DNA of 64,000 nt from Squalus acanthias. Its lineage: Eukaryota. The notes under the pieces are model-generated. The model was given only the letters and a program-made list of their open reading frames with translations. It did no database searches and was not told where the DNA came from. The position numbers and the translations under genes are program-made. The stretch covers positions 48,734,001 to 48,798,000 of the forward strand of contig CM059432.1 of NCBI GenBank assembly GCA_030390025.1, written 5' to 3'. Shown one piece after another: positions 50,328 through 60,938 of this stretch (within the stretch, counting starts at the first letter, position 1; each line of letters opens with the position of its first letter).

Positions 50328-50819
50328 ATGTCTCTTATCTCCTAACCAATTCCCAACCATGCCTTACCAAAGAGCCGGCACAGGCACGATGGGCCTCATG
50401 GCCTCCTTCTGTGCTGTATGATTCTATGCCAAAAGGTTGCCTACAATTCCACACGCTTCCATTTTTTGGTAATGAAATACTAACGGGTTTCTGGAGAGCT
50501 GAGAAAATATTTATTGCCCATCCCTAGTTCTCCTGAGGGCATTAAGAGCCAACCAGTGGGACTGGAGTCACATGTAGGCCAGACTGTGCAGGGGTAGCAT
50601 TAGTAAACCAGTTGGATTTTAATGACAATCTGGCAGCTTTCATTTAGTGCTACCCACAAATTTATTAAATTGAATTTCCGAATTTGCCACAATGGGATCC
50701 TGGTTTGCTAGACTACCATACCAAAGGTTGAGAAGGATGAGCTGAGAACAATGCACTATTTTGCTGGTCTTGGTGCTGTGGGCAGGACAGAAATCAGACT
50801 GGTGGGATTCAAACACATT

Positions 50820-51657
50820 GGGCTGGATTTTCTCAATGGAGACGTGTTGGAGGCGGGACTGCTGCTTGCCTGGTTTCAGTCCCGCCTCCATCAGCCTCTG
50901 GCCAACCAGCGGGATATTCCCCTGATTGATCTTATTAAGCCCGCCCGGTGGGCTCAGCAGGCCAATTAGGTGGAAGTCAGTGACAGAGCACGTCAACGTA
51001 TGACGTGTCATCTGTCAAGAATTTTTGAAAGAAGAAATGTCATCGTTTGACAGCTCTGTGAAGCTGTCAAACACTGACATTCTGTGTAGTTTGATGAGGC
51101 CTTGTGTTCAGGACTCATCAAACCTTTCTACTTTGTAGAAATCAGATGACTGTTGGATTGGAGGATCCAACAGCCAGTCTGTGATCTCTACAATGGAGGT
51201 GTCGGGACTTCAGCTCCACAGCGGCTGAAGGCAGAAATAAAGGTAAGTTAACATTTTCTAACACTTTACACTCACCTCACATACTTACCACTCCACACTT
51301 GCATCCATCACTCACCTCTACATTGCACTTTCAGACCCCTCCGGCCCCCGCAGACCTCCTATTCGTCTCCTACACCCTGGCGGGGTTCCCCGAGGTCGGG
51401 AAGCCCGCACTTGTGAATGAAAAATGGGGATAATCCTATTTTCTGCCTGTTAACTACCTGTTAACAGGCTGTTAATAGGCTTTAATCCCTTTCCCGCCTC
51501 AAGCAGACAGGACCCGGGGCAGGACGGCTTCCCACCTCCTGGCAAGAGGGCACGGAGGCGGGTTGGGGGCAGGTTTGCCACCCGCTCCCAAATTCTGCAA
51601 CTTTCCCGGCAATCCTGCCTCCACACCCGCCTCCTCGGGGCTGAGAAAATCCAGCCC
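50820..51657 (+). mobile_element. Harbinger-type MITE, family 1, second copy
   Basis: 16 bp perfect TIR GGGCTGGATTTTCTCA and internal blocks shared with 11673-12520. TSD not preserved. Confidence 0.85.
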
Positions 51658-52393
51658 AGACTGTATAATTTGTGCATTTATTTTTTCTATTCGAATGTGG
51701 GCAACAGCTATTCAAATCCAGGAAGTTCCTGTAACTTTGCAGTGATATTTAAGGAGCTGTAGCTATTGGGTCTGGCTAGTTCAGACTAGTACAGCTCTTG
51801 TCGTGGCTAGAAATAAAATAGAAGAAACACAGGGGCAGTGGGGGGTTGAAATTCAGCTTCAGCAGGGGTGCAAAATGGGTGGCAGCAGAAGCTCAGGAAA
51901 AGTTAGCTACTGGCTTTAAGCACATGGGGATGATGATTTCAGGGGTCCTGCCATGAAGAAAAGGATGCTAGACGAGCATCACACACATATAAAGGCTAAG
52001 CAGTAAGCACTATCCCACACAGTGTGTGGCAGATGGCTGTGACTGTGTAAGAGTCATAGTCCAATATCACCAGTATCCTGACCCCACTTTCAGTGGGTTA
52101 GAGCATTCCAAGGAGGCTGGTCTCCCTCATGACAGCAGATCAGGAAAGCTCTCCAGACTGTCCCCTCAGATGCCTTTACACGTGGGAGTTAGTCTACAGA
52201 GCCAGGCTGCTGAGGAACATGCCCCGAGAGGAGGGCCAATGCCTTCCCAACAGACTTCTTCTAAAGATCAGTGGTCGCCCACATCAAAGACCCCAGGTCC
52301 TCAGGTGGCAGAGTGAAGAAATGTAAGAATAGGCCAAATGAGAGATCATAAAGCCACAAGGAGTAAACACGTTGGTGATTCTTAATTTTTTAA

Positions 52394-52998
52394 GGCCTAA
52401 AAATTCGGTGGCTTTGCGCCTCCCGTTAGTGCCTGCAACGCTGCGCTGCCGGCGATGATGTCATCGCCTTGCGCAGCGCCCCGCTCGGTAGCGCCCCCTG
52501 ACTTACCACCGGACGCTATGTCCGACAGGGTCAGGGGGGCCTACCTGCGGCCGGGGCGGCGATAATTAAAGGGAAGGTGCCACGCGGCCATTTTTGTTGC
52601 TGGCCGCTTGCCAGCACCTGTCCCCGTTGCCATCCCTGGCCTCCTCTGAAGCCCCCCCCGTGGAGTGCCAGGTGCGCTCCGTGAGCCCGGCACTTCTCTT
52701 GAGTGCCGGGCTCTTTTGCCAGCACTCCAATCCAAGGTGGCCCAGCTGGGCCCCGGGTCGCACTGCGCAAGGCCTCTCCCCTTTAAGAAGGGGAGGAAGG
52801 CCTGCAGTACCGCGGCACGTAGCACCACGATATTCACTCGCAGCGCCCCAAGAGGGAGGCGGGGCACTTCCAGTAGCACCCTGCTTCCATTTTGGAGCGC
52901 TACCGATGAATTTCGGCCGCGGGGGGCGTTCATTTTTTTGGGAGTAGCGCCCCGGCGAAGTTAGCGCCCCAAAGGGGGCGCGACTCAATTTCCCCCCC
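52394..52998 (+). mobile_element. Harbinger-type MITE, GC-rich family 4 relative
   Basis: TSD TAA on both sides (52391-52393, 52999-53001); imperfect TIR ending in AAATT. Confidence 0.82.
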
Positions 52999-54249
52999 TA
53001 AAACTTTTAATTCAATTTGAATGCTATGTTTTAAATTCCAATATAACTGGGGCTGCAATTGCTAATATGAATTTTTCGATTTTATTCTTTCAGAGATTCA
53101 TACATGTCAATCAATATAAGTAAAGGGACTGAAAAGGGATTTCAGGGCTTGGATAATGACAAAAATTGATGTAAGCGGAGGCGCACTGGTAAGAGGTGGA
53201 TCACGCATCACTGAAGGTTCCTCAGATAAGTCGGCCTTGCTGCTGACTGCTGCTGCATCATTTTAATTTCATGCGTGTGGAGGCTGCCAGTATCGACAGT
53301 GATAGTTTTGGATTGAGGAGGCAGATGTTCAGTTGTACTTGAATTAAGTCAGTAAGCTGGGCTGTGTTTTTTTTGTATTTTTGCCCACCACTCATAAAAC
53401 ATTTAAAGCGATGGGGAAGGCTGTGATTAAAGTTTCTCTGCTGAATAGGTTTTAGATTCACTTCCAACAAGCTTTCATATCACTTGCCTCATGCAGTTTT
53501 AAAGGGCAATCTCTTGATTCATACCAGTTTACAGTTTACTTACCAAAATACATGAATGTGATAGCTGCAAGTTTTATACTGCAATTTATAAGAGATACTT
53601 TAGACAGAAAAAATTGTCTACTGCTAAATTCTTAGCAAATACTATTTTCAAGAGAATACAGTACTTCAACATCTTCTCAGATAGGTAATATGGGAAGTTT
53701 GATTCCATTAAGGAACATATCAGCACTTAAAAGTAAAATAGGGACAAGTTATTGCTCAGTTTGATGGAGCTGCTATTTCTTTTACTCTTTGCTAAGTTCT
53801 TTTTGCTTTTGAACAACTGACATTTTCTTTTCTGCACAATAAAAGAATGACAAGATTTATATTCCAATTTTGTCTATCTGACTGCTGGAAACTAGCCAAA
53901 GATACAGTACTTTTCTCCAACTCCTGCTTCCCTTGCACCACAGGCTTTCTTTAATTTTACTTATAATTTTAATAATGGTGTGTAAAGATAGATTATCCAT
54001 CTTTGAATGGACGCATTTTCAATACACTGCAGGATTTTGTCCCTTGTCTAACTGAGTTTGGAGTTTTTATTGATGCGCTGAACTTTCAGTCATTTTGCGG
54101 GGTCTAACTGTTCCTTAATTTGTCACAGCAGCATAGGATAGGCGCTGATCATTGTTCATTTAGAAATTGTATCATACAAACTATTTACAGTTAATAATAA
54201 AGCTAAAATATTGCACACCCTGCAAAAGAAGTACAAATAGTATACATAC

Positions 54250-54300
54250 CGACTGTAGAAATCATCTCTGTAATAATCGTAGTCAAAGTCATAACCACTG
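54250..54300 (-). CDS. RALYL: RALY RNA-binding protein-like, short internal coding exon (48 or 51 nt)
   Basis: Encodes (S)GYDFDYDYYRDDFYS(R), the hallmark RALY/RALYL/hnRNP C segment. Polypyrimidine tract then CAGCAG acceptor; donor CG/GTATGT. Splices in frame to 14934. Confidence 0.92.
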
Positions 54301-54632
54301 CTGAAAAAGGAAAAATAAGCTTTAATGAGAAGCTGCAGAATAAAAACTTTCACTTTTCTAAGCTTAAAGAAATTGATTATCTTTTGATCAATTCAAAATA
54401 CACTCAATGCAAAGAAAACAAGAAAACTGCTAATAGTATGTAGAAATATAGGTGGTAAGATTAATGAACAAAACAAGTGAGGAATACTGAAAACAGGAAA
54501 TGCTGGATAGACTCAGTCAGCTTTTATTCCCCCTCCATGTTTTTCCAATTCTAATAAAATGTTTTCAGTTCTGTAAGAAAGATTCTTCTACACATTTCTA
54601 ACATTTTCTGTTTTTGTTTTAGATTTCCAGCC

Positions 54633-54769
54633 TTCAACCACCGTCTGCCCCACCTGTGACAGAGACTATAGGTCCCGCATTGGACTCATTAGTCACCTGC
54701 AAACTCATTTTTAATGTGGAAGCAAGTCATCCTCGGTTCCGAGGGACTTCCTAAGAAGGAAGAAGAAGA
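54633..54769 (+). mobile_element. RTE-clade LINE 3' end
   Basis: Encodes CPTCDRDYRSRIGLISHLQTH then a stop, a short UTR and an (AGA)n tail. Confidence 0.7.
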
Positions 54770-55457
54770 TAACTGTCGTAAGACATCCTTGCTCCTGTAC
54801 TCAAATCCTCTTGCAATGAAGGCCAACATACCATTTGCCTTCCTAACTGCTTGCTGCACCTGCATGTTTGCTTTCAGTGACTGGTGTACAAGGACACCCA
54901 GGTCCCTCTGTACATCAACATTTCCCAATCTATCACCATTTAAAGAATACTCTGCCTTTCTGTTTTTCCTACCAAAGTGGATAACTTCACATTTATCCAC
55001 GTTATACTGCATCTGCCATGTATTTGCCCACTCACTCAACTTGTCTAAATCGCCTTAAAGCCTCTTTGCATCCTCCTCACAACTCACAATCCCACCTAGT
55101 TTCATGTCGTCAGCAAACTTGGAAATATTACATTTGGTTCCCTCATCCAAATCATTGATATATATTGTGAATAGCTGGGGCCCAAGCGCTGATCCCTGCG
55201 GTACCCCACTAGTCACCGCCTGCCACACTGAAAAAGAGCCATTTATTCCTACTCTCTGTTTCCTGTCTATTAACCAATTTTCAATCCATGCCAGTATATT
55301 ACCCCCAATCCCATGTGCTTTAATTTTGCACACTAACCTCTTATGTGGGACTTTATCAAAGGCCTTCTGAAAATCCAAATACACCACATCCACTGGTTCT
55401 CCCTTGTCTATTCTACCAGTTACATCCTCAAAAAACTCTAGTAGGTTTGTCAAACAC
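54770..55457 (-). mobile_element. CR1 RT fragment
   Basis: [17 protein letters not shown] and FADD motifs; close relative of 20205-21519. Confidence 0.9.
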
Positions 55458-55477
55458 CCAGTAGGTTTGTCAAACAA

Positions 55478-56603
55478 ACTTGATGAGGATATGCGTGTCA
55501 TACCTAATGATGCCCTCATAACTGTCTGAGAACATGCTTTTATACATGTTCAGCATTGTGTCGAGTCGCTTCTTTGAAGCATCTATACTGAAGATGTTTT
55601 TCCAGTCTAGTTTTAACTTTCTCAACCAATCTTTGCACATGAGGGTTGGCCTGTTGTTGTAGCTCGCTACAATAATGGGCAGCTTTACTGACTGGCTATT
55701 GTGTTGAACTGTACATTCCATTTGTCCACATGTCTCTAGGATTTCTCCGGAGTTGGTTTTTAATTCTACGGTACTCTTTGTAAGTGGTATCTGATTAAAC
55801 TTACTCTCATATGTGTTCTTACTCATGATAGAGCAGTCCGTCATCGTGCCGATACACATATCAATACATTGCTCGTTGATCAAAAGTTTTGTATGAAAAT
55901 CTTTCTCACGACTGCTTGCATTGTCACTAGTGGCATAGATACTGTAGATGCCTAGTTCTTCAATATCAGGTGTGTTCACTTCAATATTGTGAATTCCTCC
56001 CATTTGTTGACGCTGCTTTGTATTGCCACTAGAATGGTTCTTACTTCTGGCTTTTGATCTAGCTCTGCAAGCTGTTGAAATATGGCCTTGCTTCTGGCAG
56101 TGAAAACACTTCACATTTCTGTATTGGCAGGTCTGTGGTGATTGATTTCAATTGCAACGATAACAATTCACTAAACTGCTCTCACTGACATGCTTTTGAC
56201 TTGGTCTCACAGCTTTAGGTTTGGCAGTAGCTTTATGACTGTAGACCTCAGCTGCACTAGTCACTTGAGTTGGATGGAGTTCCCTAGCATTCTTAGACAC
56301 CATCTCCATAGATAGGGCAATTTTGCATGCTATGTCAAATGTTAGGTTCAGTAACATTCAGTAACTTGGACTGTGTGCGCTCATCCACCAGTCCACACAC
56401 AAACTTATCTCGCAACACACGCAAAAATGTTCTGAAGTTACATTGCAAAGACAGGTTTTTAAGAGCTACAATGTACTTACTGATGGATTCATTTGTTTTT
56501 GGTTTCTGGTACCAAACTTATAGCTCTCTGCTATTTCTAAAGGCTTTGGGTCGAAATAGTCCTCGGGTTTCTCGACAATGTCTTCAAATGACACATCCTT
56601 CAC
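55478..56603 (-). mobile_element. Ty3/Gypsy LTR retrotransposon gag-protease fragment
   Basis: YFDPKPLEIAESYKF..RNQ (gag), CYRC and CFHCQKQGHISTAC zinc knuckles, and a decayed aspartic protease ending L..KDWLRKLKLDW. Confidence 0.85.
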
Positions 56604-57068
56604 TTGCAGAAAATTTTTGCTCATCCAGAACTGTATGTAGGTCAAGCAGTCTGACAAGTTAGAGACCGTGGAGGGGTCGAGAGAAGAGGTAGTGAGGTAG
56701 AGCTGGGTGTCGTCAGTGTACATGTGGAAACTGACGCTGTGTTTTCGGACGATGTCGCCAAGGGGCAACATGTAGATGAGAAATAGGAGGGGGCCAAGGA
56801 TAGATCCTTGGGGGACACCAGAGGTAACGATGCGGGAGCGGGAAGAGAAGCCATTGCAGGTGATTCTCTGATTACGATTAGATAGATAAGAATGGAACCA
56901 GCCGAGTGCAGTCCCACCCAGCTGGATGATGGTGGAGAGGCGTTGGAGAAGGATGGAGTGGTCAACCGTGTCAAAGGCTGCAGACAAGTCAAGAAGGATG
57001 AGGAGGGATAGTTTACCTTGGTCACAGCCACAAAGGATGTTATTTGTGACTTTGATGAGAGCCGTTTC
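56604..57068 (-). mobile_element. L2 LINE RT fragment
   Basis: DLSAAFDTVDH, GVPQGSILGPLLFLIYMLPLG and MYTDDTQLY. Confidence 0.9.
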
Positions 57069-57069
57069 G

Positions 57070-57306
57070 GTGGGTGCTGGTGGGTGGTCCCTCGTGCAGA
57101 TGAACGCACGTTCAGCTGTGCGTGTTTAGGAGAGAGCATTGATTGGAGCGTTGACGTCCAAAATGGCAGGTCATGCGCAAAATCAGCATTACACGCTGAC
57201 TGACGTCACAATCTATCTACTTTGCATACTGCCGGCGAAGATGGTCCGTGCTGTTTTTTCTAAACCAACCTTAACTGCCGGCGCTAAGGTGCCAAATTTC
57301 GCGGCC
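57070..57306. mobile_element. Harbinger terminal fragment
   Basis: Homologous to 44925-45235, ending GGCGCTAAGGTGCCAAATTTCGCGGCC. Confidence 0.8.
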
Positions 57307-57481
57307 AAAGAATGATGATAATTTTGTAAAAGTATTGGAGATAGGAATTTAATACAAATGTTTTAAGCATTCTATGACAATACTGCTCACAGTGAGTTGC
57401 AGGATATTATAACTCACTAAAAATCATTTTGTCCTTTCCTAATATTTGTCAATGATACAATGGGTCGTCACCGATTATCAT

Positions 57482-58244
57482 GGGCCAGAAATTCGGGTCA
57501 GAGGCTTCCCGCGGGTGCAAGCCCCCGACCTGCACTTACCTAGCACGCCTGCCGTTGTGCTGTGGGCCCGCATGGGATTCGGGTCCTGGGCTTCCTACAG
57601 CTGCCGGCGTGCAGTGCTCGCGGATCCCAGCGGCGCAGTTAGTTCAAAGCGTCCCCTGGGATCACGTGGGCCATGGAGAGCCAATCGTAGCAGGGAATCT
57701 CCATTCATAGATTTGACAGGAAGACCTGTCAAAACTATGAATAGAGATCGGCCCCAAAACCTAACTAAAACTTCAAATATTTTTTTTTTTAAATCACATT
57801 TTTAAAGTAACTATAAATTACATAAAATAACTATTTTAAACAATAATTTAAATTTTTGAAAAAATTAATTACAGTTTTTAACAGGGCTAAAAATAAACTT
57901 ACCTTTCTTTAAAGTATTTAAAAATAATAAACCTGTGGAAAAAATGTTTTAATTTTACTTAATTCACCACTTACCTTGTTAAAAGCAGGCCTTGTGCCTG
58001 CTTTTTCCCCGCGCAGCTGCTAGGAACTTACCCGCACGGAGAAACCTGTAAAAAAAGCCAAAGTTCCAGGCATACGCGCTGCCTCTCCGGCACACGCGTT
58101 TGACCTGTGAACCCCTTCCTTCAAGGGAACAGAAGTTCCAGTTTCCCGCGCATGCACTGCGCATGCGCGAAACCGGCACTTTCGTTGTGCCTACGGGTGA
58201 GTACCCAGCGCGTACTCACCCGTGGAGACCCAAATTTCTGGCCC
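57482..58244 (+). mobile_element. Harbinger-type MITE, family 2
   Basis: 12 bp perfect TIR GGGCCAGAAATT and TSD CAT (57479-57481, 58245-58247). Confidence 0.92.
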
Positions 58245-58590
58245 CATATCTTTACAGCAGCACCATCCCAAATCCTGTCTGTGACGCCTCAACTGAATAT
58301 TTTTATTGGCCTTCCAGGATCATAGAATTTCAGAACTGTCTCTTTCATGAGCAGTTTTTTTTTTAAGTTTCCTTATTTTTCTCAATATTCTAGCTCCATT
58401 CAGTAGTCTTTTCCAACAGTTTCTAGCAGGTGATACTTTTTTCCCCCCAAGAGACTTGCTATGAATTTACCCAGATAACTGGCTATACTTAGGAAGCTCT
58501 GCACATCTTCTTGCACTACAGACATTTGCTGAGTCTTTTAAATTAGTGCGCTCAATGTCTTCACCAATGGTGATGCTACCAATAATACAA

Positions 58591-59175
58591 GCTGGAAATA
58601 CTCAGCAGGTCAGGCAGCATCTGTGGAGAGAGAGAAACAGAGTTAACGTTTCAGGTCGATGACCCTTCGTCAGAACTGGAAAAAGCTGGAGATGGAACAG
58701 GTTTTTAAGCAAGTGTTGGGGCAGGGAGAGGGGGGAGGGGAGGAAAGAACAAAAGGGAAGGTCTGTAATAGGATGGAAGGCAGGAGAGATTAAGAGACAT
58801 TAAGAGAGATTAAAAGATGGTGCAAGGCAAAAGGAGATGGTAATTGGACAAGTTAAGAAACAAAAGATGGCTCTAGATGAAGTGTAAATGGCACTGGCAG
58901 AATGAAAGACAGCTGCCATGTGGGAGAGAGAAAAAAAAATGGAAAAAAAAGGATAGGGGCAGAGGTTATGATCTGAAATTGTTGAACTCTATGTTGAGTC
59001 CAGAAGGCTTAAAATCTGTTACATCTCCAGCTTTTTCCAGTTCTGACGAAGGGTCATCGACCTGAAACATTAACTTTGTCTCTCTCTCCACAGATGCTGC
59101 CTGACCTGCTGAGTATTTCCAGCATTTTCTGTTTTTATTTCAGATTTCCAGCATCCGCAGTATTTTGCTTTTGAA
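58591..59175. mobile_element. Penelope family B inverted pLTR pair
   Basis: 58591-58710 is a near-perfect reverse complement of 59007-59123, and both match the 3' end of 35013-38667. Confidence 0.88.
58641..58677 (-). ncRNA. Minimal hammerhead motif (PLE family B), intact core, sense to RALYL; twin on + at 59039-59075
   Basis: Minus strand reads AGTT-CTGACGA-A-GGGTC(ATC)GACCT-GAAA-CG-TT-AACT with palindromic AACGTT stem III. Confidence 0.72.
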
Positions 59176-59954
59176 TAAATATAAGCTCACTGACTTCAAA
59201 TATATATTTGTCTTTATTAGGTTTCAGGTTAGCTATTCTACTAACTTCAATACTTTCTGAAGTCGATTGTCATGTACCCCTTTAGACAAACCCTACACCA
59301 TATACCTACTTCCCAATACTTTTTGCTCACGCCAATGAGAAAAGTCCTGGTCCATAGGCAAACTTGCTCCCTATGATCCAAAACATGTCATTATATGGCT
59401 TCATGTGCAAATTAATTGGGAAAATAGGCTATAGAGTGAATAATAAACTCTTTTGCCATTGAGGTATACCCTGAAACTATATGGGATATATACTTCTGAT
59501 CTCTCTGCTTAACAGCAAACATCACACTGACAGACCATATGACTCAGACTGAAAACTATCAACGAAGATTAAGAGGTAATATCAAACACAGGCAAGAGCA
59601 AAAACAGCAGATTTAGCTGGATTACAATACTTTACAGTATATGTTGCAAAAAAGTAAAAGTTCTGAAATCCTAGCTCTTCTCCTCTGTAATTTAGGCCAT
59701 GCCTCTGTGGTGACGAGTTTTATATTGGAATGGACTACCGCAGAGCATCCTATAAGCTCCTGGCACATATCGTGGAGCAGCAAAATAGGAACTGGCAAAG
59801 AGCCTAGACTTCCAGCCTGATTATATCCTTCTCTTCCATTTGAGGTCAAGCTGGTACAGAAAGAAAATAAGAGTACCTTCACAATTAAATAAAACTGTCA
59901 ATCAAAATAGATTTCAAAACCTCAAAGCCATAGGCAGTAGGAATAGGGCACTGA

Positions 59955-60938
59955 CATAGGAACATAGGAATAGGAGTAGGCCATTCAGCAACTCGAGCCT
60001 GTTCCGCCATTCAATGAGATCATGGTAGATCTGTATCCTATCTCCATGCACCCGCCTTGGCTCTATATCCCTTAATATCGTTGATTAGCAAAAATCTATC
60101 GATCTCAGATTTAAAATTATTAATTAAGCTCTTTGTGGGAGAGAGTTCCATGCTTCTACCATCCTTTGTATGAAGAAGTGTTTCCTAACTTCTCTCCTGA
60201 ATGGCCCATCTCTGATTTTAATGTTATGTCTCCTTGTCCTAGATTTCCCCACCAGCGGAAAAAGTTTCTCTCTATCTACCCTATCAATTCCGTGCAAAAT
60301 CCTAAAACCCTCAATCAAATTATCCTTTAATCTTCTATATTCCAGGGAGTACATGCCTAGTTTATGTAATCTCTCCTCATAATCTAACCCTTGGAACCCT
60401 GGTAACATTCTGCTGAATCTGCGCTGCACTCCTTCCAAGCCCATTACATCTTTCCTAAGGTGCAGTGCCCAGAACTGTACACAGTATTCCAGGTGTGGTC
60501 TAACCACGGCATTGTATAACTGTAGCAAAACATCCTCCGATTTATATTCTAGCCCTCTAGTTCTAAATGCTAACATGCCATTAGCCTTTTTGATTATTTT
60601 TTATACCTGACCATTACATTTTAGCGATCTGTGTGCATGGACCCCTAAATCTCTTTGGACCTGCAATGTTCCTAGCTTTTCACCATTTATAAAATATTTG
60701 GATCTATCCATTTTTGGACCAAAATGGATGACCTCACCCTTACCTGCATTGAAATCAATGTGTCACAGTTTTGCCCATTCACTTAATCTATCAATGTCGC
60801 TTTGTAATTTTATGTTCCCATCTACATTACTCACTATACCACCAATCTTTGTGTCATCGGAAAACTTGGATATATGCCTCTCTATTGCGTTATCTAAGTC
60901 ATTAATAAATATAGTGAATAGTTGAGGCCCCAGCACAG
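59955..60938 (-). mobile_element. 5'-truncated CR1 (RT end and 3' UTR)
   Basis: LYNAVVRPHLEYCVQFW; CATAGGAA tail at 59955. Confidence 0.9.

Larger units (their letters stand above)
46560..50470 (-). mobile_element. Older CR1 copy broken by a younger CR1 and a MITE
   Basis: 3' UTR at 46560-46690 continues at 48781-49620 and after 50328; FADDTK in ORF 49264-49587. Confidence 0.75.

Noticed and set aside
59622..59853. Candidate extra RALYL exon: good acceptor CTTATTTTCTTTCTGTACCAG at 59851 with an open frame in the right phase
   Set aside because: No convincing phase-2 GT donor was found and the peptide does not resemble RALYL. RNA-seq junction reads would be needed.
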